In this document: positions 61,723 to 64,000 of the stretch, piece after piece | How positions within the stretch are numbered: the stretch's first letter is position 1 | How the letters are laid out: every line of letters begins with the position of its first letter | NCBI GenBank assembly: GCA_963747625.1 | Contig: CAVVGP010000065.1 | Location: 3,311-67,310 of the forward strand | Origin: an uncultured Bacteroidales bacterium | GTDB taxonomy: Bacteria; Bacteroidota; Bacteroidia; Bacteroidales; VadinHA17 | Reading direction: 5' to 3' | DNA: 64,000 nt | The notes under the pieces: generated by a model | Told to the model about the DNA's origin: nothing | Seen by the model: only the letters and a program-made list of their open reading frames with translations | Database searches by the model: none | Made by a program: the position numbers and the translations under genes

Positions 61723-64000
61723 TTAATTGAACAACCACGAAGCCGGTACATTAATTTTTTGTTTTTCCGGAGCTTCTACAAGAAATTCAAGGCCAATTCC
61801 ACCTGTATGCTGAAAATATTCTATTCTTAACTTATGGAATCCCCTGGCGAAGGGAAAGCTTTTTCCCTCTTCCCGCATACCATGTATACCATAATTAACA
61901 ACGGTCTCAGTCCCGTCGATGACCAGTTTACTTCCATCATCGGAGTTTATATACAAACCATAAACACCATCTGAAGGAATGAGAATATATCCTTCAAACA
62001 CAATGCTGAATAAAGAATCCCGGCCGGCTACAGTATGAGAGACTCGGGTTACGGTTTTTGTAAGAACAGGCTTAAGTGAAGAAAAATCAGGCAATTCAGT
62101 AAAATTACCTTCAAAAATCGTTGCTTTTAGCCCTGGTTTAAGTTTACCGGTAGTCATTGCAGGAAGTGGACTTTTCTTCTCAATCAGAATGGAAATTATA
62201 CGGCTCTGGTTATCACTCCATTTTGTAAAGGCATTAACTGTAGTTGTTTGTGAAATCTTAACAGGGCTGGAATAAACTGAAGAATTTTCAGTTGGTACCG
62301 AGCCATCGGTGGTATAGTAAATTTTCCCTCCTTCCCGGTAATTTTTCAGTTCAATTGTAAAAGTATCGGTAAATATTCTGTCATTGGATACTATTGACGG
62401 AGGAATGATGTTATGGTTAGCTTTGTAAACATTCTCAACACCCATCTTATTTACTTTTCTGTCGTAGGTCATGAGACCATTGGTTTCCGTTTCAACATCG
62501 GTGGTTTGGGTGTATACAGTTGCGCTCAGTCCATTTTCTTTAACGAACCTGTGGATCATATCGTAATAAGATTCATATTTCGATAAAAGCTGGAGAGTAT
62601 CAGCCATATTTCTGTATCCCCAGTTTTTTTGTTCCCATGTATGTCCCTGGAGAGGGAGTCCGAGTCCTCCGAATTCTCCAAGCACTATTGCTCTTTTCTC
62701 TTCAGCAGGTTGTACAGCCGGTTCAGGATAATGATGGATATCACTTATATTACCTGTTCCTCTGTCAGTCCAGCCGGAGGCACTATTGACAAGCCTGGTT
62801 GGGTCATAATCGGCTATTAACTGAGTTATTCTCCCGGTTTCAAACTGACCCCATCCCTCGTTAAACGGGATCCACATGATGATTGATGGATGATTAAATT
62901 TTGTTTCGATCATCCTCTTAAACTCAAACTCATATTGTGCAATTGCTTCTTTTGACTTATGTATATCGGGAAGATTTCCCCAAATTGATTCATCACCACT
63001 GGGCATATCCTGCCAGACAAGAATTCCCAACTTATCGCACCAATAATAAAATAACCTGTTTTCAACTTTTACATGTTTACGAAGCATATTGAATCCCATT
63101 TTTTTAATCATGCGAAGATCATTGATCATTGCGTCTTCAGTGGGAGGGGTGTAAATACCATCAGGCCAGAAACCCTGATCGAGAGGTCCATTCTGATATA
63201 CAAACTTGTTATTCAACAGCATTCTTGTAAATCCGTCATCAGTTTTACCGATCGATATCTTTCTGATGCCAGTGTAGGATTCTATCTTATCGGCTATTTT
63301 ATTGTTATTTTCTAATTCTATTGAAATATCATATAAGAAAGGATTGTCAGGGGACCAGAGTACAGGATCTTTGATTTGCAAAATAATTTCATTGTTGCTC
63401 TTTCCTGTGGCTTTTGCAATTATTTTCCTCTCTTTTTTAATTTTTAAAATAAGAGTACCTGAATCTGCATTTATAACATCAGCTTTAAAAGTGATTGTCC
63501 CCTTATCAGCATCAGTCACTGTTCTGAATGAGGATATATAAGATTCATTTACAGGTTCTATCCAGACTGTCTGCCATATACCTGTGGTCGAAGTGTACCA
63601 TATACTCCCGGGAGATTGAACCTGTTTACCCCTTGGTTGGGTCCCTTTATCAGTGGGATCCCATACACAGACAGTCAATTCGTGCAGTTTTTTATCAGCA
63701 AGTGATTTTGTAATATCGAAAGTAAAAGGGTCATATCCACCTCGATGCGATCCAACCTCATTCCCGTCGATCCAAACTGTGGTTTCCCAGTCGCAAGCTT
63801 CGAAATTCAGCAGAATGTGTTTTTTCTTCCAGACATTTGGTATTCTGAAGGTCCTTTTGTACCATAGATTTTCAGTTTCTGAGACTTTTTTTTTAACACC
63901 GGAAAGGGCTGATTCAACGGGATAAGGGACAAGTATTGATCCATCCCATTTTTCAGGTTTTAATCCTTTCTGAGTGATTGAATAGTCCCAGAGGCCATTA
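61723..64000 (-). CDS. Glycoside hydrolase family 2 enzyme with a C-terminal PA14 domain; 5' end lies outside the window
   Basis: The frame is open from the window edge (NGLWDYSITQKG...WETTVWIDGNEVGSHRGGYDPFTFDIT...), through the TIM barrel (NHPSIIMWIPFNEGWGQ), to a PA14-like C-terminus (GLKATIFEGNF...GYILIPSDGVYGLYINSDDGSKLVIDG). The track's TTG start at 63678 is only the first start-like codon in this frame. Confidence 0.8.
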   Translation of the reverse strand, partial: NGLWDYSITQKGLKPEKWDGSILVPYPVESALSGVKKKVSETENLWYKRTFRIPNVWKKKHILLNFEACDWETTVWIDGNEVGSHRGGYDPFTFDITKSLADKKLHELTVCVWDPTDKGTQPRGKQVQSPGSIWYTSTTGIWQTVWIEPVNESYISSFRTVTDADKGTITFKADVINADSGTLILKIKKERKIIAKATGKSNNEIILQIKDPVLWSPDNPFLYDISIELENNNKIADKIESYTGIRKISIGKTDDGFTRMLLNNKFVYQNGPLDQGFWPDGIYTPPTEDAMINDLRMIKKMGFNMLRKHVKVENRLFYYWCDKLGILVWQDMPSGDESIWGNLPDIHKSKEAIAQYEFEFKRMIETKFNHPSIIMWIPFNEGWGQFETGRITQLIADYDPTRLVNSASGWTDRGTGNISDIHHYPEPAVQPAEEKRAIVLGEFGGLGLPLQGHTWEQKNWGYRNMADTLQLLSKYESYYDMIHRFVKENGLSATVYTQTTDVETETNGLMTYDRKVNKMGVENVYKANHNIIPPSIVSNDRIFTDTFTIELKNYREGGKIYYTTDGSVPTENSSVYSSPVKISQTTTVNAFTKWSDNQSRIISILIEKKSPLPAMTTGKLKPGLKATIFEGNFTELPDFSSLKPVLTKTVTRVSHTVAGRDSLFSIVFEGYILIPSDGVYGLYINSDDGSKLVIDGTETVVNYGIHGMREEGKSFPFARGFHKLRIEYFQHTGGIGLEFLVEAPEKQKINVPASWLFN

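Noticed and set aside
1-64000. Search for tRNA, rRNA, tmRNA, riboswitches, CRISPR arrays, transposases, phage genes, toxin-antitoxin or known defence-system genes
   Set aside because: I found none by eye in any intergenic gap or ORF translation. I could not run covariance-model searches, so small structured RNAs cannot be excluded.

Overview
AT-rich chromosomal segment with Bacteroidota hallmarks: a T9SS type-B C-terminal sorting domain, xerD next to aroQ, lipobox lipoproteins and an archaeal/eukaryote-type ProS. The organism is probably an anaerobe, given rubrerythrin, rubredoxin, nitroreductase, PckA, PPDK and citrate lyase. Content is mostly housekeeping, about 50 protein genes. By eye I found no rRNA, tRNA, CRISPR array, transposase, prophage or recognisable defence island. 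Main blocks are: (a) a TolC/MFP/AcrB-type RND efflux operon; (b) a LytTR regulator, a class-III aminotransferase and htpG; (c) an aspC-like gene, nitroreductase, rubrerythrin, lemA plus an M48 peptidase, plsY, pckA, ppdK, a permease with an HMA domain, xerD, aroQ and pyk; (d) a T9SS cargo protein, a TPR protein, a 1070-aa hybrid sensor kinase, nth, an ABC-F ATPase, aroB, aroC and tilS; (e) an Omp85-like gene, a hypothetical gene and proS; (f) two tandem secreted low-complexity proteins followed by a FadL/PorQ-like beta-barrel; (g) larB-larE-larC, divergent from a Tat-exported DUF362 protein and a NapH-like polyferredoxin; (h) methylmalonyl-CoA epimerase, a fused citD-citE, citF and a rubredoxin missing from the ORF track; (i) pepD, an IDH-family dehydrogenase, an HD-like protein and a 5'-truncated GH2/PA14 glycosidase. 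Two things stand out. First, at least 16 genes have broken reading frames, and the breaks are indel-only and strongly clustered (RND operon, ppdK, pyk, Omp85-like gene), while several 1.5-3.2 kb genes are intact. This is either local assembly or polishing error, or gene decay; I cannot tell which without reads. Second, the best candidate for something undescribed is the 44.4-48.6 kb cluster. It holds two paralogous exported proteins, each with an acidic N-terminus, a Gly/Tyr aromatic repeat core and a long basic Ser/Arg tail ending in SSGRR, plus a dedicated beta-barrel. A second candidate is the larBEC cluster, which has no larA in the window and sits beside the Tat-DUF362/polyferredoxin module. 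All functional calls come from reading the translations by eye; no database search was possible.
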